A DNA stretch of 64,000 nucleotides from an uncultured Chloroflexia bacterium (GTDB lineage Bacteria; Chloroflexota; Anaerolineae; Anaerolineales; UBA4823): assembly GCA_963726315.1 (NCBI GenBank), contig CAVSBZ010000005.1:1666829-1730828 (forward strand). The letters are read 5' to 3'. Shown here in pieces: positions 29,668-38,316 of this stretch (the first letter of the stretch is position 1; each line of letters starts with the position of its first letter). Position numbers and translations under genes: made by a program. Below the pieces are notes generated by a model. It did not search any database. It saw only the letters and a list, made by a program, of their open reading frames with translations, and was not told where the DNA came from.

Positions 29668-30792
29668 ATGCTTAATAAAAATATGAATCGGCAAGAAATA
29701 TCTCGTAAAAATTTTATAAAGCTACTTGGGCTCGGAGTAACTAGTTTGGGGATTAAACCGATATTGAATATTAATCCCCAGGCAAATTTCCCACAGTACG
29801 ATAGACTTGGTCGTGTTTGTATTATTGGAATGGTCGATATAAAATCAGCGCCTTACATGGAGAGTGATACGATTGGTGTATTGTATGAAGATGCTGTGAT
29901 CCCATGGATTCGAGAAGTCGTCGCTAAGCAACCAAATTACAACAATTTCAACCAACGCTGGGTGGAAACACAGGATGGTTTCGTCTATGCGGCCAATATC
30001 CAGCCGGTGAAGAACATCCCAAATGAACCAATCGATACTCTGCCGCCTACAAGCACTGGTGAAGGCATGTGGGCAGAAGTGACGGTTCCTTTCGCTGATG
30101 TAACATTAGTCAATGGACCGTCATCAAATTCATGGGTGCACGCACGGTTAGATCAGGGTTTACCTCTGAGAGTGTATTATGGGCAAGTTTATTATATTGA
30201 CCAGATAAAGACCGGTAATGATGGTAGTGTGTATTATCGGGTAAATCCTAATTATTATGGGGGTGTGGATATGTTTTGGGTACCAGCCCAAGCAATACAT
30301 CCCATATCTGCTGAAGAGCTGAGTCCAATAAATCCACAAGTAGACAATAAGAAAATTATTATCGATGTAAGCCGGCAGACAATCTCATGTTTAGAAGGTG
30401 ATACAGAAGTATATTACAGTCGTGTTTCAACAGGTGCAAAATATGATATGTATGGTAACCCCGTGGAAAAATGGTCGACACCATTAGGTACGTATGTAAT
30501 TTCCCGAAAATTTATATCTCTACAGATGAGTGGTGGTACCACGGGAGCACCCTATGATTTGCCCGGTATTGGTTGGGTATCCATATTTGCCACAGGTGGG
30601 GTAGCGATTCACGCCACAGTTTGGCATAATGACTTTGGAACACCGAAATCACACGGTTGTGTCAATACACTGCCGGAAGATGCTAAGTGGATATTCAGGT
30701 GGAGCCTACCCGAAGTACCGTATGACCCTGGCATGGTGGATATATCCATTTCAGGCGATAAGAGTACTACCGTACAGGTGATTGAATCGTGA
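29668..30792 (+). CDS. Secreted L,D-transpeptidase (YkuD domain) with an N-terminal accessory domain
   Basis: Signal-like N-terminus with a Tat-like SRKNFIKLLGLG. C-terminal YkuD catalytic motif (HATVWHNDFGTPKSHGCVN). Start ambiguous between 29668 and 29683. Confidence 0.8.
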   Translation: MLNKNMNRQEISRKNFIKLLGLGVTSLGIKPILNINPQANFPQYDRLGRVCIIGMVDIKSAPYMESDTIGVLYEDAVIPWIREVVAKQPNYNNFNQRWVETQDGFVYAANIQPVKNIPNEPIDTLPPTSTGEGMWAEVTVPFADVTLVNGPSSNSWVHARLDQGLPLRVYYGQVYYIDQIKTGNDGSVYYRVNPNYYGGVDMFWVPAQAIHPISAEELSPINPQVDNKKIIIDVSRQTISCLEGDTEVYYSRVSTGAKYDMYGNPVEKWSTPLGTYVISRKFISLQMSGGTTGAPYDLPGIGWVSIFATGGVAIHATVWHNDFGTPKSHGCVNTLPEDAKWIFRWSLPEVPYDPGMVDISISGDKSTTVQVIES

Positions 30793-30849
30793 AGGAAGTA
30801 AGTTTATTTCGTAAAGTATTAAGGAGTAAGTATTTGGTGGAGTGGATAA

Positions 30850-31641
30850 GTGTCAACCACGAATAACCCAGCTGCAGTGGCAGTAAAACCAAAACGGCGG
30901 AGCAACTTATTTCTGCACGCTCTGGCATTTGTTCTGGGTTTTTCGATTGTATTTGTAATTGGATGGGGAGGTGCGGCGACCATCCTGGGACAGTTATTTG
31001 TCACGAATAAACTTTGGATTGCACGTATTGGGGGGCTGATCCTGATCATTTTTGGCTTTGCCACCATGGATTTGATCCATATCCCATGGTTTAATATGGA
31101 TACCCGCAAGGAATATAAAGGGACAACTGGTACCTTTTGGGGTTCCATTGCCATGGGTTTATTTTTTGCTGCCGGCTGGAGCCCATGTATTGGAGCAACG
31201 TTGGGAGCGATTCTCACCCTTGGCTTTAATTCAAGCACAGTTGGTCAGGCGATGCTCTTATCCTTCGGTTACTCTATCGGGCTTGGTATCCCATTTTTGC
31301 TGCTTGCCTTAATGGTTGATCAGGCAATACCTGTGGTCAAGCGCTTGCGTAAGCATTTACGGTTATTCCAAGTCCTGTCAGGTGCATTGATAATTACGAT
31401 CGGAATACTAATGATCACACAACAAATGACCGCGATTGCGAGATGGGCACTTCAGGCTGGATTTTACCTGGACTTCCCATCAAGCGGACACGTTCCAGGT
31501 ATGTTTGCAGCAGTGGCTGCTGGGGCATTATCATTTTTATCTCCTTGTGTATTACCTTTAGTCCCGGCATACTTGGGTTATTTAAGTGGACACGCCCTAG
31601 CTGCAAGCAAGCAGGACCCCGTTGAAAAAGTGGGTGTCTAG
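30850..31641 (+). CDS. CcdA/DsbD-core family thiol:disulfide electron transporter, apparently circularly permuted
   Basis: GTG start with GGTGGAG 7 nt upstream and an in-frame TAA at 30847-30849. Contains both family Cys motifs, but GWSPCIGATLGAIL comes first and LSFLSPCVLPLVPAYLGYLSG sits in the last helix. Confidence 0.75.
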   Translation: MSTTNNPAAVAVKPKRRSNLFLHALAFVLGFSIVFVIGWGGAATILGQLFVTNKLWIARIGGLILIIFGFATMDLIHIPWFNMDTRKEYKGTTGTFWGSIAMGLFFAAGWSPCIGATLGAILTLGFNSSTVGQAMLLSFGYSIGLGIPFLLLALMVDQAIPVVKRLRKHLRLFQVLSGALIITIGILMITQQMTAIARWALQAGFYLDFPSSGHVPGMFAAVAAGALSFLSPCVLPLVPAYLGYLSGHALAASKQDPVEKVGV

Positions 31642-31762
31642 ATTTCCGATTTGTCAGTTTCAAATATAGATGAATGATGGATCGATACCGGGTCATTGAT
31701 AACTTTACCCGTATATACAATCCATAAATAGTAAAAAATTTACTGCAACTTGGAGACAGTTG

Positions 31763-32768
31763 ATGATTGAAGTAACTCTTTATGCTAGAAAAGATTGCCA
31801 TCTGTGCGATATAGTCCAGAACGATCTTATTGAGCTTCAGTCCACTCTCCCGCACCATCTCACAATAGTCGATGTAGATAGTGACGTGAAACTTCGCAAT
31901 CTATATGGTTTTAATGTTCCAGTTGTTTTAATTGGACCTTACAAACTCTCTGCGCCGATCGAGAGAAAAGATTTAGAAATTTCATTGAAAGCAGTTAAAC
32001 AAAGCCGGGAACAAGAAGCGAAATTGGATAAAGCCATACAAGAAGGGCAATTAAAAATACCTGTTCGTTGGACAAAATCTGATGGAGTAAGCCTGTGGCT
32101 TGCAAGGCATTATCTAGCAATATTCAATGTCGTGATATTTGTCTACCTGGCTGTTCCATTTTTAGCCCCTGCCTTGATGAAAGTTGGTGCGGATGCTCCA
32201 GCCGGGGTTATCTATAAAGCATATGGCTTTGTGTGCCATCAATTGGCTTTTCGTTCATGGTTTTTATTTGGCGAACAGGCAGCCTATCCACGCGGCAGAC
32301 GCTGGAATTCAGGGAATAATGTCTTATCAGCAAGTGTCTGGGACTGATGGAACTGATCTGCTGGCAGCGCGTGCGTTTGTGGGTAATGAGCAAATTGGAT
32401 ATAAAGTAGCTCTATGTGAGCGAGATGTAGCAATCTATGGAGGCATTCTTCTTTTTGGGATATTATTTGCATTGCTAAAACGTAGAATAAAATCCATACA
32501 CTGGTTAATATGGATCATATTTGGAATTTTACCGATTGCTTTGGATGGATTCAGCCAACTTATCAGCCAGCCCCCGATGGGTTTTATTCCATTTAGGGAA
32601 AGTACTCCTTTATTACGCACCCTGACAGGATTCTTATTTGGTTTTCTGACCGCGTGGTTTGGATATCCATATGTAGAAGAATTGATGAAGGAAAACCGTA
32701 AGTATTTGGAAGCGAAATTAGAACAATCCGAAAAATGGACTGAGCAAGAAGTCATTACGGAAGTATGA
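31763..32768 (+). pseudogene. Glutaredoxin-like (CxxC) domain fused to a DUF2085 membrane domain, interrupted by a +1 frame disruption near 32285-32300
   Basis: The first frame gives MIEVTLYARKDCHLCD...VCHQLAFRSWFLFGEQAAYP, then runs to a stop at 32347. The +1 frame continues with ...ADAGIQGIMSYQQ...VALCERDVAIYGG plus 3-4 TM helices up to 32768. This could be a sequencing indel rather than true decay. Confidence 0.65.
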
Positions 32769-32771
32769 ACT

Positions 32772-33563
32772 GTGCAATCTCACCAGGTAGGATCGATAAA
32801 ATTCTTTAAATTTGTCTCCTTTGAAGGCCAGGGACTTTATCATGCTGTTTTTACACGGCATGGTGGGATTTCACCATCGCCTTGGAAAAGCCTCAATTTC
32901 GGTGCATCTGTAGGAGATGATGGAAACCGTGTTCAGAAAAACAAAGAAAATGCTTTGGCTGTTATTGGGATTAAACGAGAGAGTGTTTATGATGTCTACC
33001 AGGTACACAGTACAGATATCGTCGTAACAGAAAACGCTTTGCCGCCTGATGAAAATCATATCAAAGCCGATGCTATGATTACGAGAAAACCGGGAGTCAC
33101 TTTGATGATGAGATTTGCAGATTGTGTACCCATTCTGCTATTCGATCCGGTTAATCGGGTAATTGGCTTAGCCCATGCAGGATGGAAAGGCACCATAAAC
33201 CAAATCGCTAAGAAGACAGTAAGAAAAATGCATGAAACGTATGGGACGAAACCCGAGAGCTTGATAGCAGCAATTGGACCATCAATTGGACCTGACCATT
33301 ATTCTATCGGTGCTGACGTGGAAGAAAAAGTAATCTTGAGTTTCGGGGACGCAGCTGAGCAATTACTTATCCATGAACAAGGCAGGATATATTTTGATTT
33401 ATGGAAAGCGAATGAATTAATTCTTGCAGAGGCTAGGGTGAGTAAGACCGAAATCGCTGAGGTCTGCACCCAATGCAACCTTGATGATTGGTACTCACAT
33501 AGGGGCGAACAAGGCGAGACAGGACGTTTCGGAGTAGTGATAGGGCTTGAGCCTGATAATTAA
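32772..33563 (+). CDS. pgeF: Peptidoglycan editing factor PgeF (YfiH/DUF152 family)
   Basis: ADCVPILLFDP, HAGWKGT and a C-terminal CTQC...YSHR motif. GTG start. Confidence 0.85.
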   Translation: MQSHQVGSIKFFKFVSFEGQGLYHAVFTRHGGISPSPWKSLNFGASVGDDGNRVQKNKENALAVIGIKRESVYDVYQVHSTDIVVTENALPPDENHIKADAMITRKPGVTLMMRFADCVPILLFDPVNRVIGLAHAGWKGTINQIAKKTVRKMHETYGTKPESLIAAIGPSIGPDHYSIGADVEEKVILSFGDAAEQLLIHEQGRIYFDLWKANELILAEARVSKTEIAEVCTQCNLDDWYSHRGEQGETGRFGVVIGLEPDN

Positions 33564-33568
33564 ACCTT

Positions 33569-34303
33569 ATGGAACAAATAAACATAAACAGAGCGATTAT
33601 TTATGAAAACTATCACCATATTTTGGATAGGATAAATAAAACAGCCGACGCTGCCGGGAGAAATCCTGATGATATCAGGTTGGTAGTCGTAACGAAAACC
33701 AAACCCATCGAGGTGGTGCAGCTATTAATCGAAGCGGGGGCGAGGGACTTCGGTGAGAACTATGTTGAGGAAGCGATACCCAAAATTCAAGCCTTAGCCG
33801 AGAATAAATCCTTGCAATGGCACATGATTGGGCATTTACAAAGCCGTAAAGCTCTAATTGCTTGTGAGATATTTGATTACCTTCATTCTCTTGATAGTCT
33901 TAAGTTGGCTGAAAGACTATGCAGATCCGCGCAAGAAATGAAAAAGTCTTTGCCAGCTTGGATGGAATTTAACATTAGCGGCGAAGAATCCAAGTCTGGT
34001 TGGGATATTGCTAATAAGGAAAATTGGAAATATTATCTACCCGATATCGAAAAAATATTACAGCTTCCCAATATAAAAATCCTGGGATTGATGACAATCC
34101 CGCCCTTTTCAACAGATCCTGAAGCATCAAGACCATATTTTAAAAAGCTAAGGAATTTCCAGGAGTATGTTAAAAATCAGCTCGGAATAGTAGAGATGAA
34201 TGAGCTATCCATCGGTATGAGTTCGGATTTTGAGGTTGCAATTCAGGAAGGTTCTACGTGTGTGCGCATCGGGCAGGCGATTTTGGGTCCAAGATCAAAT
34301 TAA
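33569..34303 (+). CDS. yggS: YggS family pyridoxal-phosphate homeostasis protein
   Basis: VVTKTKP (PLP lysine region), GENYVEE, HMIGHLQSRK, LSIGMSSDF. Confidence 0.9.
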   Translation: MEQININRAIIYENYHHILDRINKTADAAGRNPDDIRLVVVTKTKPIEVVQLLIEAGARDFGENYVEEAIPKIQALAENKSLQWHMIGHLQSRKALIACEIFDYLHSLDSLKLAERLCRSAQEMKKSLPAWMEFNISGEESKSGWDIANKENWKYYLPDIEKILQLPNIKILGLMTIPPFSTDPEASRPYFKKLRNFQEYVKNQLGIVEMNELSIGMSSDFEVAIQEGSTCVRIGQAILGPRSN

Positions 34304-34316
34304 GGAAGGTAGTTGA

Positions 34317-34583
34317 ATGATTGGATTTATAGCAAATGTGATCAATTTTATCGTGCTGATTATATCCCTGCTAGTAATTGCTAAAATATTAATGTCTTAT
34401 TTTGTGGCACCATATCAACCGGTGAGATTATTCATCGATCGAGTTGTGAATCCACTATTAAGACCCATCCAGCGAATTATTCCTCCGATTGGGGGGTTGG
34501 ATATAAGCCCAATCATATTACTTATCATTGTGCAATTACTTGGAAGAATAATCATCAGCATTTTAGCGACACTTATTCATTAA
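34317..34583 (+). CDS. YggT family membrane protein
   Basis: 88 aa with two TM helices and a PLLRPIQRIIPPIGGLDISP motif. Follows yggS, as in many division/cell-wall clusters. Confidence 0.75.
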   Translation: MIGFIANVINFIVLIISLLVIAKILMSYFVAPYQPVRLFIDRVVNPLLRPIQRIIPPIGGLDISPIILLIIVQLLGRIIISILATLIH

Positions 34584-34686
34584 GCTGTATTTCAACAATT
34601 AAATAATTGTGGCAGCCGAAGGTTGGATTAAAGACTATGAATTAATTTTAAACCCCTGATTTTTCATCCATTCCCCAATAAACAGT

Positions 34687-37293
34687 TTACTCAATGTTAT
34701 ATTTCACTTCTGTTGGCAGTTTAATCCCCGCAATTATCATTAACCATAAAACATAATACGCAACATCCTTTATTTCACCGCTGCTGTTGGAATATACTGT
34801 ATGTATATCACCAATGGTATCTGAATCGCATTTAATCCGCAGGTAGTCAAGAGCATTTAATACTTCTTCCGAAGTGCCATTACTGAGTGCTTTATTGACC
34901 AGCTCGTCGGCTGGTTTACCCGGGGCAACGGTTGTACCAATTTTTACGGCGTAATTGATGAGCCAATCCATTTCGGTTGGATCACCAAGCGGTTTTGGCG
35001 CGAAACTGATCTTCCTTCGATATTCGTCAAATGCTTGTAATGCTGCGTTCCTGACAACCCATTCATTATCTTCGAGCTGCATCTTTTCAACGATATTCAC
35101 TGCCCAGGGTTGATTTACCCGGATCAAGCCATATGCCACTGATCTCCTGACCATTACGTCTTCCATGCTGGCTCCATCCTTAAGCGCTGGATGACCTTCA
35201 ATAGGATTATTAGCGAGCGCTTCAGCAGCATAACGCCGAGTTAGATCACTACCACCTAATAAATTGTTTGCTAATATTTCGAGTGATTGTTTGTCACCAA
35301 CTGCCGCTAATGCAAGACTACCAGCACGAATTGAGGCTGGTGAATCTTCCTGCGCCATCGAACTCAGATCTTCGATCGCTTTTTTCTCTCCCAGAATACC
35401 ACATCCTAATGCGGCTAATTGTTTCAGGTTTGGTTGGTCCGATTTTATGAGCTGTCTAAAGAGGACAGAGACACCAGCATCACCTGAAAATGCCAGGGCT
35501 GAGACAATTTTTGCTGCCAAACCCGGTGTATCCTTCTCCTTGTGTAAAATGGTGGCCAGTGTGCGTAGAATAATCGAACGCCATTGCCGATTTTTGGGTG
35601 CAATCTGCAGCCAGCGGGCAATGACCAAATGGTTGCTATGAAGAATGTCATCGTCCTGTATCAATTCGTTGATATATGGAGTTACATCTCCATTGCGGGC
35701 GTAGTAATACATTGATAAAGTCTTACCCACCCATGCCGGTTGGCTTTTTACCTGTGTGACAGCTCCAGTAGCTACCAGGGCATTCCCGGCTAGATATCCT
35801 GTGAAAACAGGATGAGAAAATCCATATTGCGAACCTGCGTAAGTTACCAGAATTCCACTATTGGTCAGGGCATCAATTCCAGTAAGTTCTTTTATGCGAA
35901 TAGATTTTGATGGTTCCACTGATTTTGTTTTACTACTCTCATCAGATGATGCACTTTCAGCAACCAGTTGTTCACTTCGCACAAGTTCTTTAAGGATATG
36001 AGCGGTATCGTGCGGGTCACCGGAGATGCCCATCTCACTGACCAGCTGGAGTGCAAAGGCCTCCAAGCCGGGACGCGCCTTCGCAACATCGCTGGTCATA
36101 CGGCGGATATAAGCCTCGATAGCGCTCGGACCATCTGTCCCGAGAATATCACCTGAATAAGCTGCCCATACTTTGAGCATATATTCAAGTGGTTTTAGCA
36201 TGGTGTTTTCGACCTTTAGCCAGCTATTCAAATAGTGTGAATTAATAATTCTAGTCTGACTTTTTCCCGGAGGGTTGATCCATCGATTCCAATTCTGGCT
36301 CCAACGAGCTAAGAATTCGTCGCGTTCATCGTCTCCCCAGGCGGCCATACCGAGCAGGCTAAATCCAAAAGCCGGCAACTCGGCTAGATAATCATAAGAT
36401 AATGCGGTTATGATACGTGTCTTTGGATATTTTTTATGCAGGGAAAGTAGAAATTCGGTAATTATTTTTGCCTGGTTAGGTGGTAGCTCATCACAACGGT
36501 CAAGAATCAAGATGGCGTTTTGTTTATCCAAAGCGTTTTTTATAAGACCAGGCAGCCTGGGTAAAGTGAGCGGAGATGCATAGGAAGATATAGCCCTAGT
36601 CAGGATATCAAATAAATCGCCAGAAATTTGATCCTGTGGTTGACGTGAACGTGGTTTTGAACCAGGTTTTACCGTCTCGCCATTATCTGGATTGTCCTGT
36701 GTGACATCGATATGGCGCAGCAGTTGGTAGATATCAGTAGCATGAACATATAAGGGCAATAAACCTTGAAGAATACCCAAGCCAGGCGTATTCCTCACGA
36801 TCGATGATGCCAACCATGCCAACGCGACTGTTTTTCCACTGCCAGGATGACCCCCAAGAATTATATTGGCTCCACCCTGCAATGCTTCGATCAAGGTCAT
36901 TGTTGAAGCTTTATAAACCGAGGCCATCTCCGGCCAGTCGGGAGTATAAGGAACTGATAAACTAACGCTATCGGTGGGAGCCTGTTCTATCGATTTAGAT
37001 GCCTGAATAAGCGGAGTTAATACCTTGGGGACAATGACAATATCATCAAGCGAAAATAGGGATGCAGTGAGATGCTGTTTTTGTGCGATATGATAAACAT
37101 CGTTACGCAGGCGGGCATCAGTGCTGGTGGATAAATTACCTCGAATACCTTTCATGTTTTTCCGTGGCGAACGGATCAACTTTCGAATGTAAATAATTAA
37201 TCTGGATAGGAGCCAGATGATGAACACTCCAATCAACAATCCTATCCAGAGAGATGGAGAACGTAAATTTATATTCTGCAGAAAACTAGGCAC
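34687..37293 (-). CDS. Membrane-anchored NACHT-like P-loop NTPase with C-terminal HEAT repeats
   Basis: 868 aa. One N-terminal TM helix (LWIGLLIGVFIIWLL), Walker A GGHPGSGKT, Walker B-like AILILDRCDE. C-terminal repeats of the PBS-lyase HEAT type (RRYAAEALANNP, VRRSVAYGLIRV, VVRNAALQAF). Confidence 0.7.
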   Translation of the reverse strand: MPSFLQNINLRSPSLWIGLLIGVFIIWLLSRLIIYIRKLIRSPRKNMKGIRGNLSTSTDARLRNDVYHIAQKQHLTASLFSLDDIVIVPKVLTPLIQASKSIEQAPTDSVSLSVPYTPDWPEMASVYKASTMTLIEALQGGANIILGGHPGSGKTVALAWLASSIVRNTPGLGILQGLLPLYVHATDIYQLLRHIDVTQDNPDNGETVKPGSKPRSRQPQDQISGDLFDILTRAISSYASPLTLPRLPGLIKNALDKQNAILILDRCDELPPNQAKIITEFLLSLHKKYPKTRIITALSYDYLAELPAFGFSLLGMAAWGDDERDEFLARWSQNWNRWINPPGKSQTRIINSHYLNSWLKVENTMLKPLEYMLKVWAAYSGDILGTDGPSAIEAYIRRMTSDVAKARPGLEAFALQLVSEMGISGDPHDTAHILKELVRSEQLVAESASSDESSKTKSVEPSKSIRIKELTGIDALTNSGILVTYAGSQYGFSHPVFTGYLAGNALVATGAVTQVKSQPAWVGKTLSMYYYARNGDVTPYINELIQDDDILHSNHLVIARWLQIAPKNRQWRSIILRTLATILHKEKDTPGLAAKIVSALAFSGDAGVSVLFRQLIKSDQPNLKQLAALGCGILGEKKAIEDLSSMAQEDSPASIRAGSLALAAVGDKQSLEILANNLLGGSDLTRRYAAEALANNPIEGHPALKDGASMEDVMVRRSVAYGLIRVNQPWAVNIVEKMQLEDNEWVVRNAALQAFDEYRRKISFAPKPLGDPTEMDWLINYAVKIGTTVAPGKPADELVNKALSNGTSEEVLNALDYLRIKCDSDTIGDIHTVYSNSSGEIKDVAYYVLWLMIIAGIKLPTEVKYNIE

Positions 37294-37308
37294 AACTATT
37301 CCTAAGGT

Positions 37309-38010
37309 TTATCCTGGATACAATATTCTACTGCATGTTGGGCATCGAACGAGCTGACCTGGCGACTGTGTAGATTGAATGACTGCGGCAGTCAGCGTAG
37401 CTCCACAAGCGCCACATGCTTTGGATGTTACTTTTACCACAGCCACACCATTCCTTGATTTCCTAAGCTGTTCGTATAAAGCCAGCTCAGATGCAGATAT
37501 TGGGGGGATAGCAGCATTCCTCTCAGCTTCCAACCGCTCAATTTGACCTAACAGTTTTGTCTTCTCACCATTCAAAATAGCGTTATGTTCAACTTGCTTT
37601 GCCTGGATTTCCATCGCTGCGTTTTTTGCCTGGGTCAGGTTGGACTCAGCCTCCTCAACTGCCATCATCGCTTCCAGCTCATGATCCTCAAGTGTAATAA
37701 TCAAACGCTTTAAGGATGCTACTTCATTTTGTAAATCTTGCAGCTCCTTTGTATTATGAATCTTCCCACCATAAAGCGAGGCTTCAGACAGCTCAATTTT
37801 AACGCGGACATCATATGACTTATTCTCAGATTCGCGTTGTCTTTTTAACTCTACTTGATACTTTTGCTCGGCTTGAAACACTGATTGTTGTACCTCGCTG
37901 ATTAACAAATCATCTTCTAGCTCTTTCTCGACATTTTGTAATGATATTCGTGCATTATCCAATTGGCTATCGATCTGCTGCAGCCTGTAGAGTATTGATA
38001 TCTGACTCAT
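37309..38010 (-). CDS. Coiled-coil protein with a C-terminal C4 zinc ribbon (COG1579/DUF164-like)
   Basis: 233 aa. Long heptad-rich region, then CGACGATL...CPTCSRILY. Ends 15 nt upstream of the NACHT gene on the same strand. Confidence 0.7.
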   Translation of the reverse strand: MSQISILYRLQQIDSQLDNARISLQNVEKELEDDLLISEVQQSVFQAEQKYQVELKRQRESENKSYDVRVKIELSEASLYGGKIHNTKELQDLQNEVASLKRLIITLEDHELEAMMAVEEAESNLTQAKNAAMEIQAKQVEHNAILNGEKTKLLGQIERLEAERNAAIPPISASELALYEQLRKSRNGVAVVKVTSKACGACGATLTAAVIQSTQSPGQLVRCPTCSRILYPG

Positions 38011-38316
38011 ATCAAAATTATAGAGGGTGATTGATGATAAGGCAAGGGATAAATGGGTTCAATATCGTAGAATTTATTTTATCCTAAATAAGCGAAAATG
38101 TAATAAATGCAACGATGGGTAAAAGTGAAAAATTATTATGGATCAACTTTTGGAATGCCATGGATGTTTACATTCAATTGTCATTATGAATATTTTTATG
38201 CCAGATGAAGAGTTAATATTATTTCATTGCGCGACAAATCTTGCTAGAAGAAATAATAGCGATTAGTTTGGTAAAATATCATTGAGTACATTTTGTTGTA
38301 CCAAATTATCCTAATA

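Noticed and set aside
38138-38269. 43-codon Cys/His-containing ORF (MDQLLECHGCLHS...) in the AT-rich gap
   Set aside because: There is no Shine-Dalgarno and the context is AT-rich, so open frames arise by chance. The CHGC/HC spacing does not match a zinc-ribbon pattern I recognise.
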